Notes under the pieces: model-generated | What the model was told of the DNA's origin: nothing | Databases searched by the model: none | What the model saw: only the letters and a program-made list of their open reading frames with translations | Shown: positions 26,570 to 39,245 of the stretch, piece by piece | Layout: the number at the start of each line of letters is the position of its first letter | How positions within the stretch are numbered: position 1 is the first letter of the stretch | Position numbers and translations under genes: made by a program | NCBI GenBank assembly: GCA_965645245.1 | Contig: OZ287077.1 | Coordinates: forward strand, 434,001 to 498,000 | Source: Massalongia carnosa | Taxonomy: Eukaryota | Reading direction: 5' to 3' | DNA length: 64,000 nucleotides

Positions 26570-28164
26570 ATGTTTATGGTCACTTCTGCCCCGAAATCTT
26601 CGCATGAGCTTCAGTGTATAGCCCCAGGAGTTAACGATTCGGATGAAGCGTTTCCACAGAGCATAGACGATCTTCTGTTAGAAGTTGAGGATCTTTTTGA
26701 ACGCCAGTTGAGGATTGATAGCCTACTTTCCATGTCCAGGAAACTGCAAAACCAACTCCGCGAACGCCTCAATGCGAGTCCACAATGTATGTTGCCTTCC
26801 TACAATTACACTCTACCGACAGGTAAAGAGCAAGGGATGTGTTTGGCGTTAGAGGTTGGAGGGTCGACCTTACGTGTGGCATTGATGGAGCTGCTTGGAA
26901 AAGGCATCAATCAGGAAAATTTGCGGGTCCGACGGATCGAATGTTCACCCATTGATGCGAATGTACGGCAACTAAGGAAGTTTGCGTTCTTCGACTGGAT
27001 AGCTGAGCGTATAGGAGACGTGCTGGCAATGGAAAGGCATACTAAACTGGACGAGCCGCTGCGGATGGGGATTGCATGGTCATTTCCCATAGAGTGAGTC
27101 CAAGTGGGGTATTTCCCTGAGCGCCGCCATTGACATGGCGCAGTCAAACCTCGATACGAAGTGGGAACGTTCTCGGTATGGGCAAAGGCTTTCATTGCTC
27201 CAATGTGGTTTTAGGTCATGACCTAGGCGAGATAATTGAACAAGCGTGTCAGCGTGCAGTCCGATGTCCACACTTTTTCGCCCATCGAGGGAATGCTAAC
27301 AGTTCCCAGCATCTTAACATCCGACTCGACGCTATTGTCAATGACTCCTCGGCAACTCTATTGTCCAATGCCTACATCGACCCAACAACCCGCCTTGCCG
27401 TTATACTAGGAACCGGAATTAACGCTGCAATCCACCTGCCCATTCCGGCCCTCCATCGTTCCAAATTTGGCCCGCGACTAATGCCCTCCTCCACTGAAGC
27501 CACCCATGTGCTGATCAATACTGAATTTAGCATGTTCGGAAAGGACATCCTGCCAACCACGCGCTGGGACGAGAAGCTAAACGCTAGACACATCCTCCCA
27601 GATTATCAACCTTTAGAATATTTAATTGCGGGCGCCTATATGGGCGAAATCGTGCGGCTTGTTATCGAGGAAGCTACGATTACCGCAGGGCTTTTTGGGG
27701 GCCATCTGCCCCCTTCGCTAACAAAGCCTTGCGCAATGGACACGCGCACAATCGCAGCGATTGAATACGATAAAACCACCACTCTAGCCCCTTCCTGCGT
27801 TCTCTTTCAGGAACGCCACCCGTCGTCCAACCCCCCAACCTATTCCGACATCTACTTCATCCGTCAAACAATCTGCTCTGTCTCCCGACGCTCCTCAGCA
27901 TATTTCACGGCTGGCGTGCACGCATTATCGTCACTTCTTCACGACGTGGGCGAATCGGATGGGCGGCAAAGCTTGGCGGATCACGTAAGTATCGCGTGCG
28001 ACGGGAGTGTGATCAATAAGTATCCTGGGTACATGGCTCGCAGCCAGGAACTCATGGACCAGCTGATTGCGCTAGAGGGCCAAGGCCGTAAGAGGGTGGT
28101 GCTGGAGAAGACGGTCGACAGCGCTGTGCTGGGCGCTGGGGTTGCATGCGCCATGGCCGCGTAG
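26570..28164 (+). CDS. hxk3: Hexokinase-family protein, probable N-acetylglucosamine kinase (Hxk3/HxkC type); start codon uncertain
   Basis: CMLPSYNYTLPTGKEQG, ALEVGGSTLRVA, WSFPI|DQTS, AIVNDSSATL, ILGTGINAA, INTEFSMFG, QPLEYLIAG, DGSVINKYPGY. Introns 27094-27143 and probably 27259-27309. Confidence 0.85.
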
Positions 28165-28784
28165 GCGTGAGGGAGCTTGGTATGCATATCCTTCTCCTTC
28201 GAAGGTTATCCCCCATAGAGATACGTACATACATAAAGCACGCCTACATACAGAGTACATATTTAGGAAGCTGCACTCCTCCCGTTTTCTTCTGGAAAGC
28301 CCTAACGGCGCACACCTTCATATTGCATGCATCCTGCCCGTTGTCATTGCATACATGCAAACTGAGGTAGATACATAGCTGTAGAAGAATACTCCGTAGA
28401 GTAAAGATAGAAACTCTGTTCCCCGGATTAGCGTCTATTCGATCTACCTACATCTTGGTACTGGCAATGCCAGGGCCCTCGTACATGTACATACTTGCAT
28501 TACTGTATAGGTGGTGTACATACACAAATACATACACATATGTACCCCGCATGCAGCAGCTAGCCCCGCCCCCAAGAAAATGGCCCCGAGAAAGCTTGAG
28601 TATTTTCTTCTTGTTGATATGGTAGTTAATGTATCTGTATAAAGTACAGAGTACTGGTGTGTGAAAAGGTGGGGGCTAGGATAGGGGAGGAAGTTTTTGT
28701 TTTCAGGATGCAAAGAGAAGGGGGGGGGGGGTAAAGGTGGCATGTTTCGCAACGAACATCTACTTCGGAGATGAAATGAATATA

Positions 28785-28790
28785 TGTATG

Positions 28791-28822
<32 letters not shown>

Positions 28823-28824
28823 TG
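28785..28824. repeat. (TATG)n microsatellite
   Basis: Tandem TATG units seen directly. Confidence 0.85.
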
Positions 28825-29008
28825 TGTTCGCGGCTGGCTGTGTCTATTCAGCACTGGGAAATCTTTGCCGACATGAGCTGGAGCTGGGTTTTTGGGACGA
28901 TGGATTGTGTTTGTGGTGAACTATTCAGGCAGGAAATGAAGAGAAACGAAGAAAGGTAGGAAAGGGGATTATTGGTAGGCCTTCGAAATGAGCATTTTGG
29001 GGTAAGTA

Positions 29009-30723
29009 CAGTCAGATCGGGTTATAAGAACTCCAAAATCGTACCATCTAGGTTTCTTATTAGGCGAGGTTTCTAATATCAAAATTCTTGGCATATTTTC
29101 AAGACTATACCTATCAACTACCTAATGACAAAGAAATCCGTCATTACAGATTGCCTAGAGCTAAGCGCCATTGAGGTCTTGATATCTCACTCTTTACGAT
29201 TCAGATGACGTATCAAATCATCGTCACCGACCTCTCGTTGCTCCTCATATAACCGCAACGTTTCAAGAGCTCGTAGAGCGTCCTTGTTTTGAACACGTGA
29301 TACAATGACCTCCTTCTCCTCCGTCTCGTATTCCCTTTCATGGTCACCATATATAGCAACGATGTGATCCTTCAAATCCTCTTCGTTATCCTCTACCCCC
29401 TCTTCAACAGGGTTCAGAAATTCGCCAATACGCATGGCGCTTTGTATATGACCACGGTCTTCCAAACGCCGTATTGTAGCTTGTATCTGTAGTCGTTGCT
29501 CCGTTTCTTGCTCTTGTGCCCGAGTCTCATTGAGATAGCCATATTTCTCTGCCTCTTCTCGAGTCATTGGCCCATATTTTGCCCCGATTACACGAGATTT
29601 CAGTCAACCTTACGACTTACGTTGCCATTAAACCAGCGTAAATACTCCCGAAATATATCGTCCGACATCCAAGCTCTGCTGTTACTGCGTCATACCATAT
29701 GCAGGTTACAAGCGTGAACACCCTGTGAACCAAAAGCACGCGGATTTTTGGCCGTCCCAATGAACCATATGAAGAAGCTTGTGAGTTCCAGTAGCATTGC
29801 AACAGAAATTTGCAGTAATTCTCGCTTTTTCCACCTTGCCGCCTGAGAGCTGTTCCATAGCCAATGTAGTACTGAGTGTAGCCTTCCAAAATAACGCAGT
29901 TTCATCCATGTTGTAGATATCTTCCTGATCGTATGATAATAGCTGTACCCGTTTTACTTCTAGCTCTTCTTCAACCTCCACACGCTTGACGGAACAGAGC
30001 TCGCCGTGTTGTTTATGTTTTGTAATCTTGTATCTTCTTTTGAAAGAATCCAGCCATCCAATAGAGAACCTGGGAGATGGTTGATTACGATATAGAGGTA
30101 ATCGTTTCCAAAATTTCAAGGCCATTTCTCTTAACAAATCGCCCGACAAAGGCGCTATTTTGCGTTGCATGCGCTGTTGCCACTCAAATTAGGCCTTTTC
30201 TAATTCAGGCCAATGGGCAGTTCGAGTTTTCTTCAGATTCGGGCGTAGCAATGCGTGAGATGTATCCAGATGAGCCCATTTATGTGAGAGGATTTTGGAA
30301 ACTTGTCCTTTGTCAATTTTATGACGGTAAAGATTGTCAAACCAAACGGCCAGTTTTTCATATTTCTTGTCATCTCCAGATACAGCAGGATCTTGGTAAC
30401 GCTGTCGTAATGCTCGTCGTTGGTCGTCGGTAAAGGCGTCACGCTTTTTTCTGCTTCTCTCTCTGGGAGAAAGCGGGGATGTAGGACGTTTTCAAGGATT
30501 TCGAGATGGAGTCTCCGGATTTTGACTATTATATCTCAAAGAAGTCGAAGGAGAAGTCATATTTACTATAAGAAACCACCGCAAAATTTCTAGAGAAAGT
30601 CAAGAAACTTTCTAATAGAGCGAGGTTTCTTATCCCTCACCAGAAAAAAACCGGTCTTTTCGTCCGAGTTTCTTACTAGCCGAGGTTTTTTAATCAGCAG
30701 TTTCTTATAACCCGATCTGACTG
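29009..30723 (-). mobile_element. pogo/Tigger-like (CENP-B type) DNA transposon, non-autonomous deletion derivative
   Basis: Perfect 22-bp TIRs CAGTCAGATCGGGTTATAAGAA (29009-29030 and 30702-30723), flanked by TA (29007-8, 30724-5). Minus-strand transposase remnants: WPELEKA*FEWQ, FSIGWLDSFKRRY, IYNMDETALFWK, AWMSDDIFREYLRWF. Confidence 0.95.
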
Positions 30724-31681
30724 TACCTTGACGACGCCGTTAACAAAGGCTTTTTTGAGCAGTAACGCCCTCTGTTGAGAGCTATTTTTTAGGGAAGTTT
30801 CTGAGGAACGGAATCGCGGATCCACAGCTTGTCTTCTTTGTCTACATCGATGGGAGAGTAACAATGTCTTTTCGGAAATGCTAATTTATACCGGAACCAC
30901 AACAGGTGCAGAAAAAAGTACGTTAGGGGTCTGACAGGGAGGTACGGTGCGTGAAATGCAAAGCGCCTCTCGTAACTATGTTCTAGTGTAAGTCTCAAGG
31001 CGAGTGTACAGCGAGAAGAGAACAATGTACTATCTTCTTTCTTTGAGAGTAATAGCTTAGTAGAAAGACTTTCGTTCATGAAGAGAATAAGAAATTTCGT
31101 TATGTGAGAATAAATAAAAAGAAAAGGTTCTGGGAAACTGCTTGTCCTCGTATTCGTTTTCTTCCACAGAATAGAAATTATTTCATCCCGCATCTCTCTA
31201 AATGGTCAGATCAAAGCATCAACTTGTCTATAATTTATCTTCATTAACTGCTTGCATATGATCTATTCACATCATATTGACTTATCAAAGAGTCCTGTTG
31301 ATTTCAACCTATAGAATAATGGATTTTTAAAAAGTGTTTACATGATGTCAAGCCACGCTAACCCGAATAGGAAACCCATTCAATTCTGGGCAAGGCACCC
31401 ATCCGTCATGCAAAATTCTTATCCTTTATCTATGCCATCACCCTACAAGCTTGTACCTACACAGATAACCATCCACGCCAAGGCTCTATTGTTTGACCAA
31501 CCTCCCTCCACTTTACGTCTAGAAGGCTCGTGTCCTGGCTTGGGGACATCGACTGCGTGTTTCACCGAACTGCTTCCAGCTTGAATTTAGCCTAGATCAA
31601 GCGGGGTTTCGGGAGGCGCAAAGCGATTCAGACAGCAAATCCACCATATCGCCATCAGATGGATGGCCTGCTGGGAGAAAA

Positions 31682-32915
31682 ATGTCTCCTGACCTAAACT
31701 CTGTGCCTCCTTCACCGCATAGTGGTCGCCACATACCTATCTACGCCCGAGCTCCAGAATCAATGGCTCCCCCACCTCCGCTGATTGCTGTGCCGGGTAC
31801 AAACCACCCTAGCCAATCATCAAGAGACGTATCAGCGTCCGTTGTGGCAGGCCACAATGTGCCTGCCGGAGATAATACCGGAGTAGGGTTTGGACCAGGT
31901 ACGCTTAACTTATGAATCCCAACCCAGTCGTTCCATTGGCTAATAACGGCTATCAGGCCCTCTTCGTCATCCCCGACCCCTCACCGCGGCGGATTTGCAC
32001 ATGCAGTTGGAGAAGGAGCAGGAAGCGGTGGTAGGCGGTGCATGTCCAACCTGTAATTTGTCAGGCTTACGTAGGGACGTGCAGGTCAATCGTCTGACAC
32101 GAGAGCTGTCGCTGCTACGCCAACAATCGGCTTCCGTCGCTTCCACTACCTCCTCTACCTCCGTTGGTCTGGCAGATTCAACGGACCACAGCGCGAACCA
32201 TCTTTTATCAGGCGCCAGCCATCCTACTCCATCACGACGGCACCGGTCGTCCTCGAGCTTAAGCACGCGAAGTGCAAATACCGCCGCAACTACGGCTAGC
32301 GGTTTGACTGGTATAAGTGGAAGCACGGTTGGAACGACTGGAGGGGTGGCAGGAAGTATTGTCTCGGGGATAACGCCAGCCAGAGACGCCCCGGCACAAT
32401 ATTCGGCCTATTCACGAGGGGAACCTCTGAGCAGACACAACTCTGTTACGTCATCAAGGCGTTCCGAAGCCTCATCGCCCTCTCTGTCTTCTTCCCTCCA
32501 TCAGGGGGATCACTTCCCCAATCTCTTACCTCATCGTCAGTCAACATCTTCCCAACAAGGACACAACCAGGCCCCACACATCCCACTACAGCCAATGAGT
32601 CCTAGCAGTGCTCGCTCCTCTCACCTCCCTTCGGTCATTGGTACTTCTCGTTACGAAGAAGCCGCTCACCATCGAGCCGAACTGGATAACGTGAAACGGG
32701 AAAACGACGCTCTCAGACGGCGTATTAGGGAATTGGAAAGAACCCTTAGCAATCGCCGACGGTCCGATATCAATCGAAACCGGAGTGACTCCACAAGCAT
32801 GAGCATTAGCATACCTGCCAACACCAGCGGTCGGGTCGTTGCCACCGATGAAGACGATGACGCGGTGAACGTAGGAGAAAGCGCAGGCAGCGTTGGAGTG
32901 GGGGGGGGTCAGTGA
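31682..32915 (+). CDS. Conserved Ser-rich coiled-coil protein of unknown function, 3 exons
   Basis: Introns 31899-31956 and 32031-32084 give GPLRHPRPLTAADLHMQLEKEQEAV|VNRLTRELSLLRQQ; second coil RAELDNVKRENDALRRRIRELE. Confidence 0.8.
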
Positions 32916-33415
32916 AAGAATTTGAGTTATTAGGTTCCTCTGTAGGCTACTCGTAGGTTTCTTACATTTGGAGGGAATGCGACTACACAAAAATGTCGCC
33001 AAAAGATTAGCCCACAATTAACGATTTTAGTTGTATGCTGGTGTAATTCCGCCTTATCAGGTGGTTACGCCTGAACCGTTTTTTTACATAGTGATATATG
33101 AGAGATTGTAGCGTTGGCTAAAATCTTAAAGTATCCACAGCATTAATCTTGTAAAAAGTTGGCGTACAGAAAGAATCGAAGAGGTATGTGTGAAGAAGCT
33201 CAAAGTGCTAAGTAAAGAAGGATATTTATTTTAGCAATGAGAAAATGAAAATCTGTACTTCGTACCCATGAACCGATTCTACCAGTTAACGTGAATCATG
33301 CTTCGACCTGGTGCACCAACCTAGCCTTCGCATATTGGTTTACAGGTGTTCGGGATTTCTTTTTCGACGATTAAAACCGTTGGATACTGACGTTGCATAA
33401 TGCATAAACGAACTG

Positions 33416-36400
33416 ATGAGGAATCGTATTCAAGTGGCTAGTATTCTTGATGAAATCCCGTCAACCCACCATTCAAGAGACGTTGAAACACCGATCATGA
33501 ACGTTTCCACTACTCCAGCCAGCATGGACTCTGCGTCTGCGTGGGACGACATGGCCAGGTATGTATTGCGATCTGGTCTTGCCACATCTCTAACCTGCAG
33601 ATAGAACCATGGGCCAGCTGTTTATGATGGGCTTTGATGGCACGGAAGCCACTGGGCAGATACGCACGCTGATTGAAGAGCATCATCTCGGGACAATCCT
33701 GTTGACTGCCAAAAATCTACAATGTTCACCCCCTGGATCTCTCCCTGAGTTGAACCCCCCTCGTCCGCTAACAGATTGATTCCAGCTGCTGAGCAGACGG
33801 CGAAGCTTGTCCTGGACCTGCAAACCATTGCGCATAATGCCGGCCATCCAGTTCCCTTGGCGATCGCGCTCGACCAGGAAAATGGTGGGGTGAATAGCCT
33901 CTTTGACGAACAGTACATTCGTCAGTTCCCCAGCGCCATGGGCGTGGCCGCCACCGGATCGACGGAAATGGCCTACAACATAGCCAATGCGACTGCGGAA
34001 GAGTTGAGCTCGGTCGGAGTGAACTGGATCATGGGTCCGGTACTCGACGTTCTGACTAACGTGAAGAACCAGCCGCTCGGGGTGCGGACGACGGGTGATG
34101 ATCCCGAAGAAGTTTCCAGGTACGGCGTAGCGTTCATGAAGGGCTACCAAGACGCAGGTATTGCAACGTGCGGCAAGCACTTCCCGTCATATGGCAATCT
34201 GGAATTCCTTGGCTCCTCGCTAGACGTGCCGATCATCACAGATTCGCTGGAGCAGCTGAGCTTGAGCGCATTGGTGCCCTTCCGAAATGCCATCTCCGAA
34301 GGCGTGGACGCCATGATCGTGGGAGGATGCGCCATGTCTTCGGCGGGGGTAAATGTCATGCATGCATGTCTTTCAGAACAGGTTGTGGATGATCTGCTGC
34401 GGGAAGACCTTGGTTTCGAGGGCGTGGTGGTCTCCGAATGCCTGGAGATGGAGGCATTGAGTCACAACATCGGGGTTGGAGGAGGGACGGTGATGGCGGT
34501 CAAAGCGGGCTGCGATCTTGTGCTGCTCTGCCGGTCTTTCACCGTCCAGCAGGAAGCTATCAGCGGCCTAAAGATGGGCGTGGAAACCGGTATGATCACG
34601 AAATCACGAATACACCAATCGCTCCGTCGTGTGCTAGAGATGAAGGCAAAATACACCTCGTGGGACAAAGCGCTAGCACCTGGAGGGATAACAAGATTAA
34701 CCTCCCTCCAGCCATCGCATACTGAGTTATCTATGAAAGCCTACAATACTTCTATCACGGTAGTGAGGGACAAAAATCGGCTCCTGCCCCTTTCGAACGT
34801 CCTTGACCCCGAAGAAGAACTTTTGCTGCTTACACCCTTGCTTAAGCCATTACCTGCCTCCGCTGCTGGACGCAGGCACGTCGTCAAACACAGCGTGAGT
34901 TCCCAAGACGTCACATTGCGGGACAGGAGCCCTTCGGCCATGAATGGCGAGAGTATTTTCAAAGATTTCGGCCGATCGCTTGCTCGACAACGTCGCGGGA
35001 GGGTGTTGCATACCTCCTACACGGCGAATGGGGTTCGTCCGATACACGAGAATCTGATCAACCGAGCTAGCGCGGTTTTGATCATCACTGCAGATGCCAA
35101 TCGAAACCTTTACCAACATGGCTTCACCAAGCACGTTGCCATGATCTGCAAGTCCCCATCCTCCCAAGGTAACGAGAAGCGCGAGAAGCCATTTGTGGTA
35201 GTTTCAGTAAGCTCCCCGTATGATTTTGCGATGGACCCTTCCATTGGCACTTATATCTGTACATATGACTTCACCGACACAGCATTGCAAGCCTTACTTG
35301 ACCTTCTTCGCGGTGACTTGTCGCCTACAGGGACATTACCTGGATCGATTAATCAAAATCAAAAGTTTCACCAGTCCAAGCAGCACTGGCTGGTGGAAGC
35401 TTGGAACGAAGACCGAGATGCAAGCGCATTGGATGACTTGTTGAAAACGCTACAAATGGAAGATCCCGTTCATCAGAGGTTTGAAGTCTCTGGTTGTTCC
35501 TCCGACACATTTTTGTTGCGGAATGATCTAATTGACGAGTCTCATTTTGTGGTTCGAAACAGCAGCACCAGGGCATTGTATGGGTTTTGCTCCACCTATT
35601 ATTTCAAGGCCAGTGGTACAGGTGCCATTGGAGCTATTATAGTCGACCCAGATCGGAGAAAGCTATCCGTGGGTAATTCCCTTCACAATCGGGCCATCAA
35701 CAGTCTCTTGCAAAGAGAAGGCATCAAACGCTGCCAGTTGGGCTCCAGATTGCCCAGTGTATTCTTAGGAATACCGACCAGGAACAACGTTGAGCGTAAA
35801 CAACTCCGCCAATGGTTTGCGAGTATGGGGTGGAATAATGCCCTGTCAAGACCCGTGTGTAGCATGTTACTGCGGGATTTGGCACGGTGGAGGGCTCCAG
35901 AGGGCATCACCAAAAGCTTACAGCGTGCTGAGCTTGAATTTGACATGGTCTATGGCGGGGAGCATTCGGCTTCGATCTTAGATCACATCAAAAGTAGCTC
36001 GAGGCAGGGAGTCTTGGAGATCTATCGGCTTGCTCTTAGGGAGCAAAAGACATGTGGGGTTATTCGAGCAAAGAGGGATGGCGTCGTTCTCGGCACGGTT
36101 GTCTTGTACAGTCCAGGCTCTAAATGGGCCGAATGTATACCTGCACTAAAAGCCGGGGAAGAAGTTAGGGGAGGCATCTCAAGTCCTGTCATTTCGCCCA
36201 GCGTAGGCGAGTATTCCACCTTGCTCCAAGGATTAATACTTCTCGGTATCCGACACACACAAAAGCAGCAAGCCGACGCGGTGCTTCTGGACTGTGTGAG
36301 TATACTCGTCGTCTTTCGTCGGTCGAAGAGCATGCTGACAGCCCTGCAGATTGATGGTGATGGTCACTCTGATAGTCTGTCTGCAATGGGGTTTAGCGTG

Positions 36401-36457
36401 CTGCATAACTTTGAAGAAGTCTCTTGTGACGTAGATACGTTAAAGTCGCCTTCATGA
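33416..36457 (+). CDS. ngs1: GH3 beta-N-acetylglucosaminidase-like plus C-terminal GNAT protein (Ngs1/Nag3 GlcNAc sensor); start may be a downstream ATG (33498 or 33523)
   Basis: MGQLFMMGFDGTE, IALDQENGGVN, GPVLDV, KHFPSYG, SECLEM; GNAT motif AIIVDPDRRKLSVGNSL. Introns 33559-33604, 33724-33785, 36296-36349. Confidence 0.88.
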
Positions 36458-38532
36458 TCGACTGTTGTTGAAAGGGTATGGGGGAGGCGTAGATGATCGA
36501 AAGGAGTTTCCACCCCAAGGTTTTGGAAAATGGTCAAATAGGCGATATTGATGCATTCGCCAACCGGTCGAACGGTGGGTGGTCGTTGGCACGCTTGAAA
36601 AGGCATTAATGAAGACCTGCAGGAAGAAGGGGATCTGCGGGATGGAGACAGGTGGCCCCCTCCCCAGCCGTGGACAGTGCCACGTTCTCTCCGCCCTCGG
36701 GCTTAGAGATCTCTTCGAATGCTGAAGGATTGATATTTTGGGGGACATTTGGCGTCTGCAGGAGCACGACGCAGAGGCGCCGAGAAAAAAACAACAATCA
36801 CGGGTCATCCCACCCCAGCCGAACGAGAAGCAGGCAGCTGAGCATGGTGCATGAGCGACCAAGCATATCCGCGCGAGACATGACGGCAAGCCTTCCACGC
36901 CTCTTCCTTCTTCCTTTCTCTGCATTTCCTCCCGGGAGCTTTCCCCAATCCGTTCCGGAGCATCTGGTCCCTTAAGTACTTAGCCTGGCCAAGCCCGCAC
37001 CTACGATTCCTCGCCCCACGATGGGATTGGGGTCCTCGTTTGGGGCGGGATTGTGGATTCTGGTCAGCCACGACTGCAGCAGCTACTTGTGCGATCAGCC
37101 TAGGGGATCTTGTACCGATTTCCACGCCACGATGATGCCATTCGCTCGCCTCTGGCCTTGGCGTGTTGCCATTAATAGATACCGCGATTTGTTTTTCCTC
37201 GTACTTTTGGACCGTGGACCACCACGAGGAAGCAATCACTACCCATCGCTACCTATTCCTAGAAGTTGGGGGGGGTTTGGGGTTAAGGGAAGTGACTCTC
37301 TCCTTCGGTGGACCGTATAAATAAACCGCCTCACTACTTATCCTGACGATACGGGAACACCTGATCCGGCCGGATTTTTCTCGTTTCGGTATTTGCACGT
37401 TAGAGTTTTCTGGTTCTGTAGGGAGGATGGGGCGTTGAATGTTTTGTCCGTACTCTGTACCGTTTCCACATGGGTTCTGGGTTCTTCCGGAGGTTCTTTG
37501 CACATTCCTTCGGCTCGACCGGGGGGGGGTGGGTTTCGCCCGTTGTGCGGGAAAGGGTCGATCATCCTTGGAATTGCATGATCCCTGCCCTACATTTTTC
37601 TTGTCGCGGCAACTTACGAAATCTTGCGTTTATGACCATCACGTGCACAGTCGACCTAGCTAACCGTACTCCCGTTCTCTGTCCAGAGGATTCCCTGTAA
37701 GATCATGATGGGCTTGCGGCCATGCACCGAGACGCTTAGCACCGAGTGCGGAGTACAGGATACAGAGAGGGTCGGGTGCGGCCATTGAAAATCGAAAAAT
37801 CCAAAATCCAAACGTAGCCGGTGCATGTCTACCCTGAGGTTACGAGCCCGACTAATCTTTCTCCGGGCACCAGCCATCACTAGTCTCTTGGATCGCTTCT
37901 TCTGCTTCCTCTGCTTCCCATTACTCGTATATTGATTCTGTATCGGTACGGGGGACAAATCATCTCGATTGGGTCCCGAGTACCCGAGGACTGGCTTCGA
38001 CATGTATTTTTATGATAATAATACCCCCTTTCGATGGGGTTGATCGTACAGCACCCAGGCTTGGAGCCAATAGGATGGAGAACGTGCTAGAGCACCAGCA
38101 GGGCATGAAGCTAACTCTAGTGAGAAACGGTGCAACTCCCGGAGAAAGCCATGAGCAATCAAATCAATCCTCTCTCTCATCTCAGCCCTCCTCCCCTCAC
38201 CAACTCCCTAGTCCCTTCCCGGCGCTCATGGTTTTTTTTTTAAAAAAAAAACACGGTCAACGTTCAACGTTCCACACTCCACGTTCCACCTTTTACATTC
38301 CACGTTTCGTACGGGGTGATTTCTGCCCTGTTCTACCAACGAACATCTTCACCGTTTCGTTTGCCTTGCCCCCTCCCTCGCCACTTCAGATTCTCGGATT
38401 CTCTGAGCGGTTGGTTCCCCACTTCCTGGCTCATCCGATCTATCCTGAACCCCTGAACGGTGGTGGGAGTATCGTGAGATGCTCTTTCGTGATCGCATGT
38501 GCGCTGTAATCTGTCCTCTTGTCCCAGTCCCC

Positions 38533-38620
38533 AGTACATGGTACACAGTACATGGTACACGGTGCACGGTGCACGGTGCACTGTACGCGGTACGCGGTAC
38601 ATGGTACACGGTACGTAGTA
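38533..38620. repeat. Degenerate 7-bp tandem repeat (GTACACG/GTGCACG/GTACGCG)
   Basis: About 12 units with a palindromic GTAC/GTGCAC core seen directly. Confidence 0.8.
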
Positions 38621-39171
38621 CAACGCGCAGCATTCTGTTCTCGGGCTGAACTGAACAAATGCATGGGAATCCCAAGAAGGCGACGAAGAAGAATCCACGC
38701 TGTCTCTCGCCTATGCAGCTTTATTGATTCCATATGCTGCTTTAATCTTATTCCTACCTTCTTTACCCTTTCCATGCTATCCGCATTCTGGTTAGGCTTG
38801 TTATTGTCATGTTCTCATGATGGGGATTATGATTGCCGAATGCGTGCACTTCCTCACCAGCAATCCGTGCCTAGCGAGATAACCACTTCCGAGATAACCA
38901 TTTCCGTACGCTGTACCTACCGACGACTGGTCGACGTTGCCGCGTGTTTTGTCGGCCCCTCGTTCCTCGTTCCTTGTCGTTCCTCCGTCCTTCATCATTC
39001 GTCCACTCATCCGGCATCCCTCCTTCCAACTAACCCGATCCAGCGAGTATAAACCTAGAAACTAGCAAACGAATGCCTGCCGAGGGGCCAGTGGATTGGG
39101 TAACCGAGTGAGTCGTGGACTTGGACATGACTGATCATGATTATCATCACCGTCCTCCCTTCTCTCCCTCT

Positions 39172-39245
39172 TCCTCATCCTTATCCTCATCCTCATGCTC
39201 ATCCTCATCCTCATCTTCATCCTCGTCCTTATCCTCACCCTCATC
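39172..39245. repeat. (CCTCAT)n-like hexamer microsatellite
   Basis: Tandem CCTCAT/CCTTAT/CTTCAT units. Confidence 0.85.
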
